Assembly: GCA_051294905.1 (NCBI GenBank)
Contig: CM119373.1
Span: forward strand, 2,170,001-2,234,000
DNA length: 64,000 nucleotides
Reading direction: 5' to 3'
Source: Botryllus schlosseri
Lineage: Eukaryota
In this document: positions 1 to 11,241 of the stretch, in pieces
How the letters are laid out: each line of letters begins with the position of its first letter
How positions within the stretch are numbered: the first letter of the stretch is position 1
Position numbers and translations under genes: made by a program
The notes under the pieces: generated by a model
Told to the model about the DNA's origin: nothing
The model's input: the letters and a program-made list of their open reading frames with translations, nothing else
The model's database searches: none

Positions 1-49
1 TCTCTGTAAGACCCGTGTAGGCTAGTCCTCAATATGCTAAGTTCATTTA

Positions 50-244
50 TTATTGTATACAAGAAGAGCGTGTTGGCATACGAATGGTAGTTATTTTAGG
101 AATGTTTGAGTTTCTGTTTGCATTACGAGTGGTATGTCTATTCTCAGTGCTGATACATGTACAGTTTGTGGTTATAGTGTTAAGTTTGTGGATTTTATAG
201 ACACTTATAATTTCACCCATGTACCCAAGAAGTATTTTTGACAA
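50..244 (-). mobile_element. Degraded LINE (CR1/L2-like) ORF2 C-terminal remnant
   Basis: Translation VYKIH...RHTTRNANRNSNIPKITT resembles the MYKI...HNTR...L.IP motif at the end of CR1/L2-group ORF2. Weak, recognised by eye only. Confidence 0.35.
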
Positions 245-282
245 CGTATCATCATTTTTACCAAATCAAGCCATCGATATAC

Positions 283-1289
283 CAGGGGTGGGCAGCCCAA
301 ATCTCGCCTTCATCGACTTCTAAAAACGCGGCGCAATCATTGGTGCATCGCATGCTTTTTAGCCCGTATCGTGGTCTCTGACACGGTGTTACTCCCTATT
401 ACATGTTGCAACACATTGGAAAATACAATAGGTCAGTTGTGAAAAAATTGGTTGAAAATCAGCTCACAATTGACAATCATCAAGTTTTGCATCCTACTTT
501 AATATAGTAAATCTCTTTGTTGTACATTCGTTCGGAGCTCATTCTGGTAGCGATTTGATGACAGGTTAATAAACTGAAACCAGTGACAACTCCCAACCTA
601 CCAACGATCCTGCAGTATCGATACATGCATACCATAAATGTTTTAGCAATGGTAATTATCGACACGAGCTTCTTGACCCAATGCACAGCAGAAGATCTGA
701 GCATTCGGAATCAATTACAAAATTTTTCGCTGCACGAATATTTCCGGAAGTCACTCAATAATGCCCGGGCTTTTTGAACCTTGTCCGACTTCATGAGGAG
801 AAATGTCCATTTTCGGAAAACAAATTCTAACTCTAAAAACTTCACCCATTTGTTCAAAAGTAGTTAATGAATTCAAATCAGAACGTAATCTAATACGCTC
901 TCGCCAAAAGTTACGAATAAATCCTGTACATTGCTCATCTTCTTATGCCATGCGAAGTACAGTATTGTAGTATTTTCAAAGGAGATCTTTTCCCATGTCA
1001 ACTTATATTTTAGTCGTGCACTTTAATAACCGCGGTAACAGTTTATTTCGCACCATTCGTAGCTGTGTGACAATAGTGAGCGAAACGGTACACCAAGTAG
1101 GCATTTACATTGCTTTAGTTTAGGACAGTAGCATGAAGGCGTCTGAATATCGCCAATGTCATTATTTCCAGGGACATGTAAAATAATTCATTTCGATCAA
1201 ATTATTTTATGCCTAAGAAATAATTTTGCCACGGAAACCAGTTTGATCAACTGGGAATGATACCTCGAATGACGTGTTGCCCACCCCTG
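283..1289. mobile_element. hAT-like non-autonomous element (about 1 kb)
   Basis: Perfect 12-bp TIR CAGGGGTGGGCA...TGCCCACCCCTG. The flanking 8-mers CGATATAC/CGTCAAAC match only 5/8, so the TSD is uncertain. Confidence 0.5.
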
Positions 1290-2004
1290 CGTCAAACTAA
1301 AGGTGATGTCAACCCCGGCTGAATGAAAAATGTCTATTTTATTGTTTAGTTGTATGCGTATATTGATTGTAGATACCCTTAACCCCGTAGTAGTTGGACT
1401 TTATTTTGTTTCATGTAGAGCTGGGTGGAATCTTTTGTTGTCACCATTGATGGATAATTGGTTATATAAATGTACAAGTGACAACTCTAGCCCCATGCCA
1501 TTACTAAAGGTAGTTTCATGAACTAATCTGGGATCGAGTTTCAATCGTAGAATGGATAATACGCTCGAAGTTAAGTAAGAGCATAAATCAAGACCTTTGC
1601 TTAGTTTGAACCAGAGAAGCGACAAAAATCACTTATTCTCGTTCTGTTGTCAAGTCCTTCAACATGCGTCACGACCCTATTGTTCCGAAAGACGCCACTA
1701 ACACTATTACTATATGTCCACGAAAGTGCGTTCGCACCAACTTTTATGACTTGACCGCAATTAATAGATTGGTTATTGTATTAGTCCTTTACGACATTGA
1801 ATTTCCCAAATTTGTTTTATAGCGATACCCAGCTCTGCAGCTTTACTAATTTGTGTGTATTGGAAAATAAAGTGATACTAATTACCTTGCGACTTTCACA
1901 TTTTGTCTTGCGTGTTTGAGAAGACTAGAATACCTAGAGATGATTAGAAATTTGGTTGCAAAAAATATCCATGGTGAATAGTTTATCAATAATCCACGCC
2001 ACTT

Positions 2005-2090
2005 TCTATTATTTGGTGTGGCGACTCTGGCCAGGCCGGGAATTAAACCCACGACCGATCAATAGGGTTGGTCTACCATTACGCCATCTC
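2005..2090 (-). mobile_element. tRNA-derived SINE head (second family)
   Basis: Minus strand has A-box TGGCGTAATGG and B-box-like GGTTTAATTCC, but no complete cloverleaf. Confidence 0.4.
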
Positions 2091-4572
2091 GTGGATATCG
2101 TAGTACAAATCTCGATTAATTATTCATATTTCATTCATCGAAAAGACACATCCTGCAATTTCGATAGCATCGCCCTCTGTGAAACTTCAAATTAACCCGA
2201 AAATAAATGTCACTCTTCTTGAATACTTTTCAAACCTTTTATTATCTACTTTCACTTGAAGGTTAAATTAGTAGAATTCTCACGAAAATCCCCCTCATAC
2301 TTGAGTAGCAACTTAGACTACTTTGATTAAATCCAAATGTTAATTCTACACTTCAGCAATCTTTTGATGTCAAATTACTAATTTTGTCTTCGTAATATTG
2401 CCAAAGGAAAAGTGGTTATGGGATGAACTTCAACAACGTGTGGGAATGTCGAGAACATTGAAGTTGAAAGTTGAATTGGTGTGATAAAATAAAATTTCCC
2501 AATTTTATCTGATTTGAGTGCTTTCGTGGGCTTGGATACCCCAGTCAAGAGTGATGAGCATGGGACGGACTCTAATAGGGTGCGGACCGGATTTTACACA
2601 GTTTTGAGATAGTCGGATCGGATTCAGTTTCTATTGGGGATTTTGTTTCGTATATTTTCGGATAGCTGTAACTTGTGCTTCGGATAGTTTTGGGTAGTTC
2701 TGACGTGACTTCTGATTTCAAGTAAAAAAAAAATAACTCGTCTGATCGACAACCGACACTAAACACGTTACGATAGGGCATGTAGCACTCTAAAGCTGTT
2801 CTGCCAACGGCCTATGCAAATACAAATCGGCTAACCCTAACCTTAGCCTTTGCAAAGACTACTCTGTTCAGATCTACATTTGAGATTTTTCGCAAAAGTA
2901 ATTTGATTCGGATTATTCGGATTCTGGACGGATAGTCCGTCCGAGACTCGAGCAGTCGGACGGATTCGGAGTCTCTAAAATCAATATCCGTTGATCACTG
3001 TCGGGCAATGAGCCTCTATTCTATTAACTTCCATCGACTACAAATTGAAGTTATGCCCACTTTCAAGCTCCTCCTTGGTTTATTCGTACCTGCTTCTGAT
3101 TAAAATCGTCGCCCGAAGAGAGATATCGGCTGCTTTTCGAAAAACTGGTCCGGGGGTTAGTACCGGTGGGTGTGGGACGAGACTATCCGACATTTCCGCT
3201 CGGTGCCGACATTTCCGCTCGGTCGAACATACTATGTGTAGGCCAACATGCGATTGTGCAAAGTTTGCTGCCAAAGATAATGTCGCGGCGATAAAACCTT
3301 TCGAGGTAATTAAGTAGAAGTATATTAGAAGCAAGTTACAGATAACTAAACACAACAGTATTCCAGGCCTGGTTTTGCCTACACAACTAAAACCACCTAA
3401 TAGAAGTAGTTTAAAATCAAAACCACTTGAGGGAGTACGTCGTTCCTGACCACCTCTGAAAACCTTGGCCGAAAATGACCGGAATCTTCGATGTCGGTGT
3501 CCAGAGACGCCGCGATGGTCAAATTCGAACTGTCATGTCTTCGCCATCTGAGCCCAGCGGTATATATTCGACCTGCAGAGAAAAATACCGCGCTCAGTGA
3601 AGAATGTAAATTTGGAGTGGCGTGTCGGATTTTAGATCGGTCGAGTACGTGTTAGCGATCACAATATTTTCCGCGAAACAACAACCTTCTTGTATAGTAA
3701 CAAAGTAATTAATAACCACGAACCCTCCAAAAGCCCACGCGTTAGAACCTCATAAATAAATAATCCCAACCGTGTGGCTCAGCTCCTCTCGCCATATGAC
3801 TCAGGATAACAAATTTCTAGCAACATTTGAAAGTACCAACTTATGTGACTAATTTCAGTCGATTCCATTTAAAATTCCGCGACTTGAGCAGCTATAAAAG
3901 AAATGCTTGCTGATTTTTATAATATATTATAATATATATACAGAAGTATTTCGTTCGCCTACAGACCTTATATACCATCTCGTTATTGAATCGTGGGATG
4001 ACGCATTTGATTCGATAGTGGCGAAAGTATTATATGAACAAAAAAAATGGCCACGGAAACATGACGGCAAATTCTATACATTAGTGAGAAGAGACTTGGA
4101 AATATTTGACAAGTAATTTCCAGGAAAGTTAATAATAAACCAACGGACGTCTAACTGCCTGTGTCTTTTAGTGCCTTAAAACGGACTAAAATTCAGCAAT
4201 ACTTGATTGCTAATGAACAGTTTTGTTTAAAATATTAAATGCTTCAAAACTATTTCATCAAAACTGTCACTGTGTCAGGGAGAGAAATATAATGAGGATA
4301 TATTGTAAGCCTGTCACATACGTTGGCCTATATATAGATTGTCCGATCAATGAATAACCCGAAAAGTCTCATATTCGAAAAAAATGCCGAAGAAGCCGCA
4401 TTCAAGTCACAGTCCAGCGGATATGAGCATGAATTGATTGGATTTGATCGTTTCGGTCGGATTTTGATAGGATTTGCGATCATATTATAGCTGGAAGTTT
4501 CTTATACTTCTGAATGTTCATAGAACGTCAGAATAAATTTCTACCATCATTTTATTTGTACGTAGGGAATGA

Positions 4573-4800
4573 TTGGAATTGAGTGGGGATTTGGAATTTA
4601 ATCTAAAAACCGAAGCAGGAAGTAGATTTAAAAAGAATAAATCTTCTGATCTCTGTTGTCCAAAGATAGCTTCAACTGACAAAGTAGTACATACGACTGA
4701 ATTTTCAAAATTAACAGATATAATTAGAACAACACTTACATTTGAAAAGTCGCTACTGCAATTAGATGTACCGACCTTTAATAATCCGGCACTGAAACTC
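4573..4800 (+). mobile_element. Possible degraded hAT transposase C-terminal (dimerisation) remnant
   Basis: TTEFSKLTDIIRTTLTFEKSLLQL loosely resembles the hAT ERSFSKLKLIK..LRST motif. Confidence 0.2.
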
Positions 4801-5218
4801 AACGAACTATAGATTCAATTACGAAGCAATTTATGAATTTGTATTATATCGGAATCTGATCGGGTTCTCTACATCAATATCACCACAAACTTGAAATGTG
4901 ATGGTCTTCCACAACCAAGATCCATGCCTAGCTACGCCATTGTTATAGATGATGACTCTGAGCTAGCAATGGCTACAGGACCATCACACATCAGAAGACT
5001 GCTATCACGATCCATACCAAACGATTGCAAGTATCCTCTATAGTTTTACTACAGAGGCACTAAACCTGTGACATGTGAGTGAAGTGGTTTTTAGTGGCTG
5101 ACGCGGGATTAATCGAAACATCCTATATTACCAAGAAATTAAAGGCCGACATAATATATCGGGAACAATCGGGTGCAATTTAGTAGCCCGGACAGGGACC
5201 AGGCTGTCTATTTACGGC

Positions 5219-5671
5219 CACAGTTGTAATGTCTCGACGCGAGTCACGATTTTCGGATGACTCGAGTCATTTCTCAAAATACAGAAAAGACTCGACTCGA
5301 GTCAATTTGTATAATACCTCGACTCATTGCGCCTGACTCGAATGATATTTCATTGTAATTTTGAAGAATAGTATAGTGACCATTGGGACTTCATCTATTG
5401 GTGCCGGTACTTGCAAATGCGACTAGAAATTGCTAAAAGCAGGGGAAATTAGTATATAATAAATGCGAACCATTCGATATGACCAATGAGGTTATAGATG
5501 TGGGTCAAACATGAATTCAACCGGAAACTGGACAGTTAACACAGTGACTTGGACTCGAGTCATAATATCATGACTCGGACTTGACTCGGTGTTGAATTGA
5601 AGATGACTCGACTTTACTCGAGAGTCAAAACTACAAAAGTGAGAGTGACGTGTGACTTGATTACAACTTTG
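5219..5671. mobile_element. hAT-type MITE, GACTCGAGTC-array family A
   Basis: Perfect 8-bp TSD TTTACGGC (5211-5218 and 5672-5679), degenerate TIRs, subterminal GACTCGAGTC/GACTTGACTC arrays; homologous to 34965, 55088 and 60713. Confidence 0.85.
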
Positions 5672-6752
5672 TTTACGGCGATCACGAAGCTCAGAAAGAC
5701 AGACATCCTGGAATGCAAAGATAAACTCGAAAAAATAGTCCGTATCCTGAAAAGACCTTCACTCAATCATGTTTTTGTTACGAGCAATATAGTTTCGTTT
5801 TTCTACAAAGATATACATCGCGTACCAACAAGATGTGCCAATAATACGATGGCAATATAGCGATGATAAGAAAACGTAGTAAATGCATTTGATTCGCTCG
5901 ACGAGCCTAATTCAGAAACCTCTTTTCGATCAAGTTATCTTTGTCAAATTATGCCGCGACAAATTGCTTCGTCTGAGCAACTAAAAAATAATATATCAAC
6001 CGCTAATTATTTAAAAATAAATTATAAGAAAATAACAGACGTGGACACAACGACTAGGTTTGGGTATAGACTAGATACCAATCGCAATTGGATATTTGAG
6101 CCGATACCGATAAAACCGACAACTAGCACCGTCAGCGAAAACCGCGATATATTGAGAAATACAAATTTCAAAAACTTGAGAGCTTATCTGAAACAGCTTT
6201 GCAGCCAGCGCTATGATTAGATATCAAATGAACTAGAAATGCACATCTGAACACATGTAAGTCACGAGAAATAGATCAATGTTACCAGTCTAGCAGATTA
6301 GAATGAACTGATTTCCTACTACCATTCTTTGATGTCACGAAAATGGCCTCCCTTTTTTACTTTTAATGGCCCACACCTGACACGATATTATTGACACAGC
6401 GCCAAGAGGAAATGTCGGCAGAGCAGGCTTGGCTCGTTTCGCATGACACAGTTCTCCTATAGCATTTCCAGGTCAATCATAAATTTGATTTGAACTAAAA
6501 TTAGAGTATAATATTATTTCAAAAATAATATTAGAATTAGATTACCTGAGTCTAGCAATATCAGTTAATTCTAGTTGTCAAAATCTGATCGCTCCATACG
6601 AAATCGCGAAAAGCTACGCACTTTACTACAGATGGCTGGTTTTCATGCCAATTATTACTGCAACTCTGATCAAAGGAGTTATTTAAAAAACGTGCTATAA
6701 ACTCAAATGATTTAATATTCTCTTTGATTTACAATTGAACAGTATATTCATA

Positions 6753-6804
6753 CTGAAATGAACCCGAATATTTTCGGCTGACACTCGTCAGGGGTAATCG
6801 TCAG
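6753..6804 (-). ncRNA. Minimal type I hammerhead ribozyme (PLE-type)
   Basis: Minus strand reads CTGA-cgatt-ACCC-CTGACGA-GTGTCAGCC-GAAA-ATAT-TC-GGGT-tcatt-TCAG. It has both core motifs, a G-C pair closing stem II, palindromic AATATT stem III and a bipartite stem I. Predicted cleavage is 3' of 6766. Confidence 0.75.
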
Positions 6805-6898
6805 AAACTAGTAGAGAATTAGAAATAGAATTGTATATCAACAATCGTAGCACAAAATATGACGTCATCAGCATGAAATTTCGTGAATGAGGGAGCGT

Positions 6899-7393
6899 TC
6901 AATGTACTATTTTTAGGTGGTACACGAACTCCTTTTGTTGACAGAGTTTTGGTTGGTGTATTTTGATAAAAGTCGACTCCAAGGCACACAAATGGAATTG
7001 TGAACGGCCTCGCCCAGCGATTCGAAGTCGGTCGTCTCGATAATTATTCGCGCACATCGGATTATCGAACAGATGTTTGCCGATGGCAGAATTAATGGCC
7101 TTTGATCGATCAGCATCAATCTTAAGCGGATGAGTTAAGGGTGAGCCTTTCACTGAGCGTGATGCACGTGTTCTGATGAATCTGAGGACATGTTGGTTTA
7201 TGCGTTCTTGCAGACGTTTTGACGTTCTTCCTACGTAGCCACAATCACAGTGACACTTATATTCGTACACTACATTACTTTGTTGAAGTGCAGGTAGAAA
7301 GTCTTTGCGTGTTGAAGGGAGCAGTTGTATTGTTGTAAAAATCACATTGGTTTTGACTGTGGGTTTGCTGCATCTCACTGTTATCTGTGACAC
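6899..7393 (-). CDS. Penelope-like GIY-YIG endonuclease domain (fragment of RT-EN ORF; RT absent)
   Basis: KDFLPALQQSNVVYEYKCHCDCGYVGRTSKRLQERINQH...SAIGKHL...LESTFIKIHQPKLCQQKEFVY is a typical PLE GIY-YIG (VY..C.C..YVG.T.R..R..H). The frame is open for 164 codons but the N-terminus is truncated. Confidence 0.85.
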   Translation of the reverse strand: MSQITVRCSKPTVKTNVIFTTIQLLPSTRKDFLPALQQSNVVYEYKCHCDCGYVGRTSKRLQERINQHVLRFIRTRASRSVKGSPLTHPLKIDADRSKAINSAIGKHLFDNPMCANNYRDDRLRIAGRGRSQFHLCALESTFIKIHQPKLCQQKEFVYHLKIVH

Positions 7394-8299
7394 AATGGCT
7401 TGTAAGCTCGAAGTTTACCTGACCCTGCCAAGCAGGACTGTGCCCGAAAAATATGGAATTAGAGCTCTTTGTTAATTCTGTCTGTTAAATTACAGACCGT
7501 TTCCCATTTCACGAACGACCAGGCAAGACCACCGCAAATTACATTTCCACTTGGTCACATTTTACAGGCTATTCATTTTGTTAAATTCGCCAAGAGTGAG
7601 TTTTCCTGTAATGCCTTGGATCAAGCACGCAGGCCTAGGGGGTTCGGCGATTGGTATTTGGCTTGTTTTAGGGGAAGGGGAGTACTGTGTGCTGTGCTAT
7701 GATGTTCAACTTTTTGGGGGAAATTATTTCAGAAATGCGTCATTTTTCTTGCTGCGTACCGGGATAAAAATGTAATTTGAGGCAGTCCCGCCAGACCGTC
7801 CGTGAAATGGGAAAGTAACAAATTTGAAATATCTGCAACAACTGTCAGCGAATTGCTGTCGGGTAGGACTCAAACCTAAAGAACATAAAACTATATGCAT
7901 GATCGTGATCGACTAAATAGCGAGAAAAGAAACGGACTATAGTTGTTATGTTCTTGATCTTGTTTGAACAATAACTCATACGACGAGGTTGCAATATGAA
8001 ATCAGTATATTGTGCAGCAGAATAACTTTAAGACAGGCGACACGATCCAGAGTTCAGTTAAACGAAAGACCAGTAAATGACAGAACACAGGGTATAAATA
8101 CAACGCAAGGCACACGAGGAAATAATGATTGGCGTTAATTACTATAGTCCTATACAAAATAGAGTGAAGCGGTACCAACGTAAATACACGAACATAACAT
8201 TAATCATGCAACCTGCAAATCTTAAACTGTTAGGTATTGCAAGGAGACCTTCCGAGTATCTCATACCCTAATAATTTACCAAAAATTATGAATGCAACT

Positions 8300-8594
8300 T
8301 TTTATTACAACTTTTGGTAAAATTGGGTGTAACTATCTTGCGATTTCAGTGAATTTTCTGTGAAGTCCTGATCAAGCCATAGCTCAGTCACAGAGTGCAA
8401 TGAAATAGGCATGACCGGAAAAATACAACGGTTATTTTATTATGATGTGGAACGAATAAATAAATCATGTTCGAACCTTCCACATCAACCGTATTGGTAT
8501 GAAGTCATATTGAGTGATACTCGAATACTCGCCTCCAAGCGTCGTTCCCGAGTCAGGATCGAATCTCTCGAGTTCTCGATTTTGACCAGCCCGA
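8300..8594. mobile_element. Partial copy of TAGGGCTGGGCA-TIR hAT MITE (family C)
   Basis: Reverse complement matches the left end and interior of 42258-42767. Confidence 0.55.
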
Positions 8595-8648
8595 CTTACA
8601 TATAGCGAATGATTAGAAAAGACTCTCGGGGGAACACAACTTAACTAC

Positions 8649-8790
8649 ACAATTGAATAGTATATTGATATTGAAATAAACCAGGATATTTTCGGATGTC
8701 ACGAGTTATTCCTAAGCAACTGCTAGAGAATTGGACGGAACATTGTATATCAAGAATTGGACGGAACATTGTATATCAAGAATGGACTGA
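8649..8790 (-). mobile_element. Decayed Penelope 3' repeat (hammerhead core lost) with 26-bp tandem duplication
   Basis: CAATTGAATAGTATATTGATATTGAAATAAACCAGGATATTTTCGG aligns to 6731-6780; GAATTGGACGGAACATTGTATATCAA occurs twice at 8728-8779. Confidence 0.65.
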
Positions 8791-10068
8791 CTTTAAATCT
8801 ACTCAGGTAAGTAAGTAATTTTGAAAGCAGTCTTAATTCGTTCGCATGGACTGTCAAAAGCTGCAAATTGAGATATGCGAAAGGTGCATAGAGCTTGATT
8901 CGTATTGATGCATCCCAGTAGGTATCTATTTTCGACAGAATAGGCATTCTTTCACATCAGGGGATTCAAATTATAGTATTGATATGAAAATGCGATACTA
9001 ACCCTTTGTATACTACAAAACCCCGATTTTGAGAATATCATGGCATGGCGCCCTAACCCATATTATAAGGCTCCAAGTTTAGGCGAAGAGCATTACGGAC
9101 AAGCTTTATCGGATACGGTTTCAACACTTTGCGCGATTAGCATACGTTAATAACAAATATTGTGGATCGTAGAAGTTATATTTACCTGTAGCTTTATTTT
9201 CGGAAAATAGAGGCATTACTACACTTGTTTTTATGTTTCGACGTGTATGCTCTACAGACAAAAAACTGAAAGTAATTAGAACTCAAAGTATGATACTCGA
9301 ACTTGAAAGTGAAATATAGATACAACTTCTAAAAAGCGGAATATATATGGTATGCCTTTTGTCCATAAAGCTTCAAAGGTGACCTGCTAAAAGATATGTA
9401 ACGGTAAAAAAGCCGGGTTGTGGTCATGCTGCTGCGGCGCTCTCACTTTTCAGAACAGTCGGCCATAAACGGCTATTTTGGAGCAGTTACATTGCCCTGA
9501 CGAGATTTTAATTTGTAATTTCGGAATTAGTGCATCAATAGCTTACGATGAAGACCAGATGCATCAAATTTGGACGCTTGGATCGCCAGCTCAAGGACTA
9601 CAAAGTTGCCTGCTTTTAGCCGGCTCTGCAGTACGTTTGTCGGTGCATTCATCCGTGACTCACATCTTGCGCATCTATCCGTGGGTTGGCAATATACAAT
9701 ACGATTTCAGATCACGATGCTGCATCGTTACTTCGTCTGGCTAACTAACCAGACCACTGGATATTATATAACGTCTTATCTGACAAAGCACGGTTTTGTT
9801 TTTACTCCTCATCCTAATTCCTACGCCCCTCGATAAAAATAATATTATTTCTTCAATTATATAATATATACGCAAATCCAACACGTGCATATATTATAAT
9901 ACTTTTTTCAACGACATACTGCACCCTATATCCTTAATCCTAACCCATAGGAAATTAGGTAAATAACATTTTACATTTCCAATTACGTGAGCCATAATTA
10001 CCGAGTATACAAAACACGCTTATATTACGTCACAATGACATCTTACATAACATACTATGTACGTACGC

Positions 10069-11241
10069 CAGGGGTGGGCAAACTTTTGAGCTCGCGGGCC
10101 GCATTCAACATTTGAATCTATTCGCAGGCCGCACTATATAAAATTGGGATTATATACCAAAACGCAATATTGGTATTTGATTATATAGTGATGACATGGA
10201 GATAATATATATGCTTAATAAAACAAAACAAACATTGTTCGACACGCGTCAGAAACAGTGACGAGATTTCATAGGCTGGTCGACCTATTAATAATCAATT
10301 TGTCAAAACTATAGAGATGAAAGTCGGTTGTTCCGATTCTTAGAACAGGATTGAAATTTAAATCTGTGAGCAGCGATCTGGTAATAGATTTACTAATTCC
10401 ACTTATTGTCCAGTTCCAGGACACACAATGCTGATAGCACCATAACCATGTTAGCTTTCAAGCACGCTGCTACTATGTGTAGATAAAATATAAATACCCA
10501 ATTCTACGCATCAGAGAACGAATCTACCTAAGACACGCGCGAATCGTTTTTTATGAGTCCATCACTGAAATGAGTAAAACTGGAGTGGCCAATCTGAAAT
10601 CACACTCGTGATCAGAATTATGTCAATCTCGTTTAGGATATCTGTGATGCTTAGCAGTTGAAACCTTTAAAACTGCGTGGGCCTTGTGATCGGGCTCCCG
10701 CGCCAGAAATTAAACATAAAAAATATTATAGGAAGTATTTACCTTAGAACAGTGATTCTCAAACTTCTTAAGATACGCCCCCCCTTCTCCCCCCCCCCCC
10801 CCTTATGATGGTGAACTATTTCGCGTACCCCTTATCGTCATATCACTAAACGGAGCCAGGATGCTAGCCAACCTAACGAGTAGTTTGATGGCATGGAAGG
10901 CTACGACTGTGGATGAAAGATTTTTAAATATGAAATTCAGACTTAAATACATAGCATATAATTATGAATGACATGTAAATTGCGCGAAGCGCGAAATATT
11001 TTTTCAGTTGAGCTCAGCTTCGAGCCCCCTCCAGATGCTTTCACGCCTCCAGTTTGAGAACCACTGCCTTAAAACATGGTGAAATATACTACGAAAAAGT
11101 TTAATCAAGTCCCTGCATTAATTCGATGTATAGTACGCGTTTTATCAATATTTTCAATAAGTTTCTTTACACGCTCGCGGGCCGCACAAAATGGTGTTGC
11201 GGGCCGCATGCGGCCCGCGGGCCGTAGTTTGCCCACCCCTG
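10069..11241. mobile_element. hAT (Buster/Charlie-like) MITE carrying a nested MITE
   Basis: 16/16 TIR CAGGGGTGGGCAAACT; TSD ACGTACGC/ATGTACGC (7/8). Confidence 0.9.
10750..11066. mobile_element. Nested hAT (Buster/Charlie-like) MITE
   Basis: TIR CAGTGATTCTCAAACT/CAGTGGTTCTCAAACT (15/16); TSD CCTTAGAA/CCTTAAAA (7/8). Confidence 0.85.

Larger units (their letters stand above)
6731..7440 (-). mobile_element. 5'-truncated Penelope-like retroelement (GIY-YIG endonuclease plus 3' repeat with hammerhead)
   Basis: C-terminal GIY-YIG ORF followed by a 3' tail shared with three other copies in the window, all ending near CAATTG. Confidence 0.85.

Noticed and set aside
2005-2090. tRNA gene
   Set aside because: A and B boxes are present but there is no acceptor stem or full cloverleaf. 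Treated as a SINE head, as are 23172 and 55656.
5680-6220. Possible CR1-type LINE endonuclease remnant (NTNFKNLRAYLKQL)
   Set aside because: The similarity is too faint to support without a profile search.
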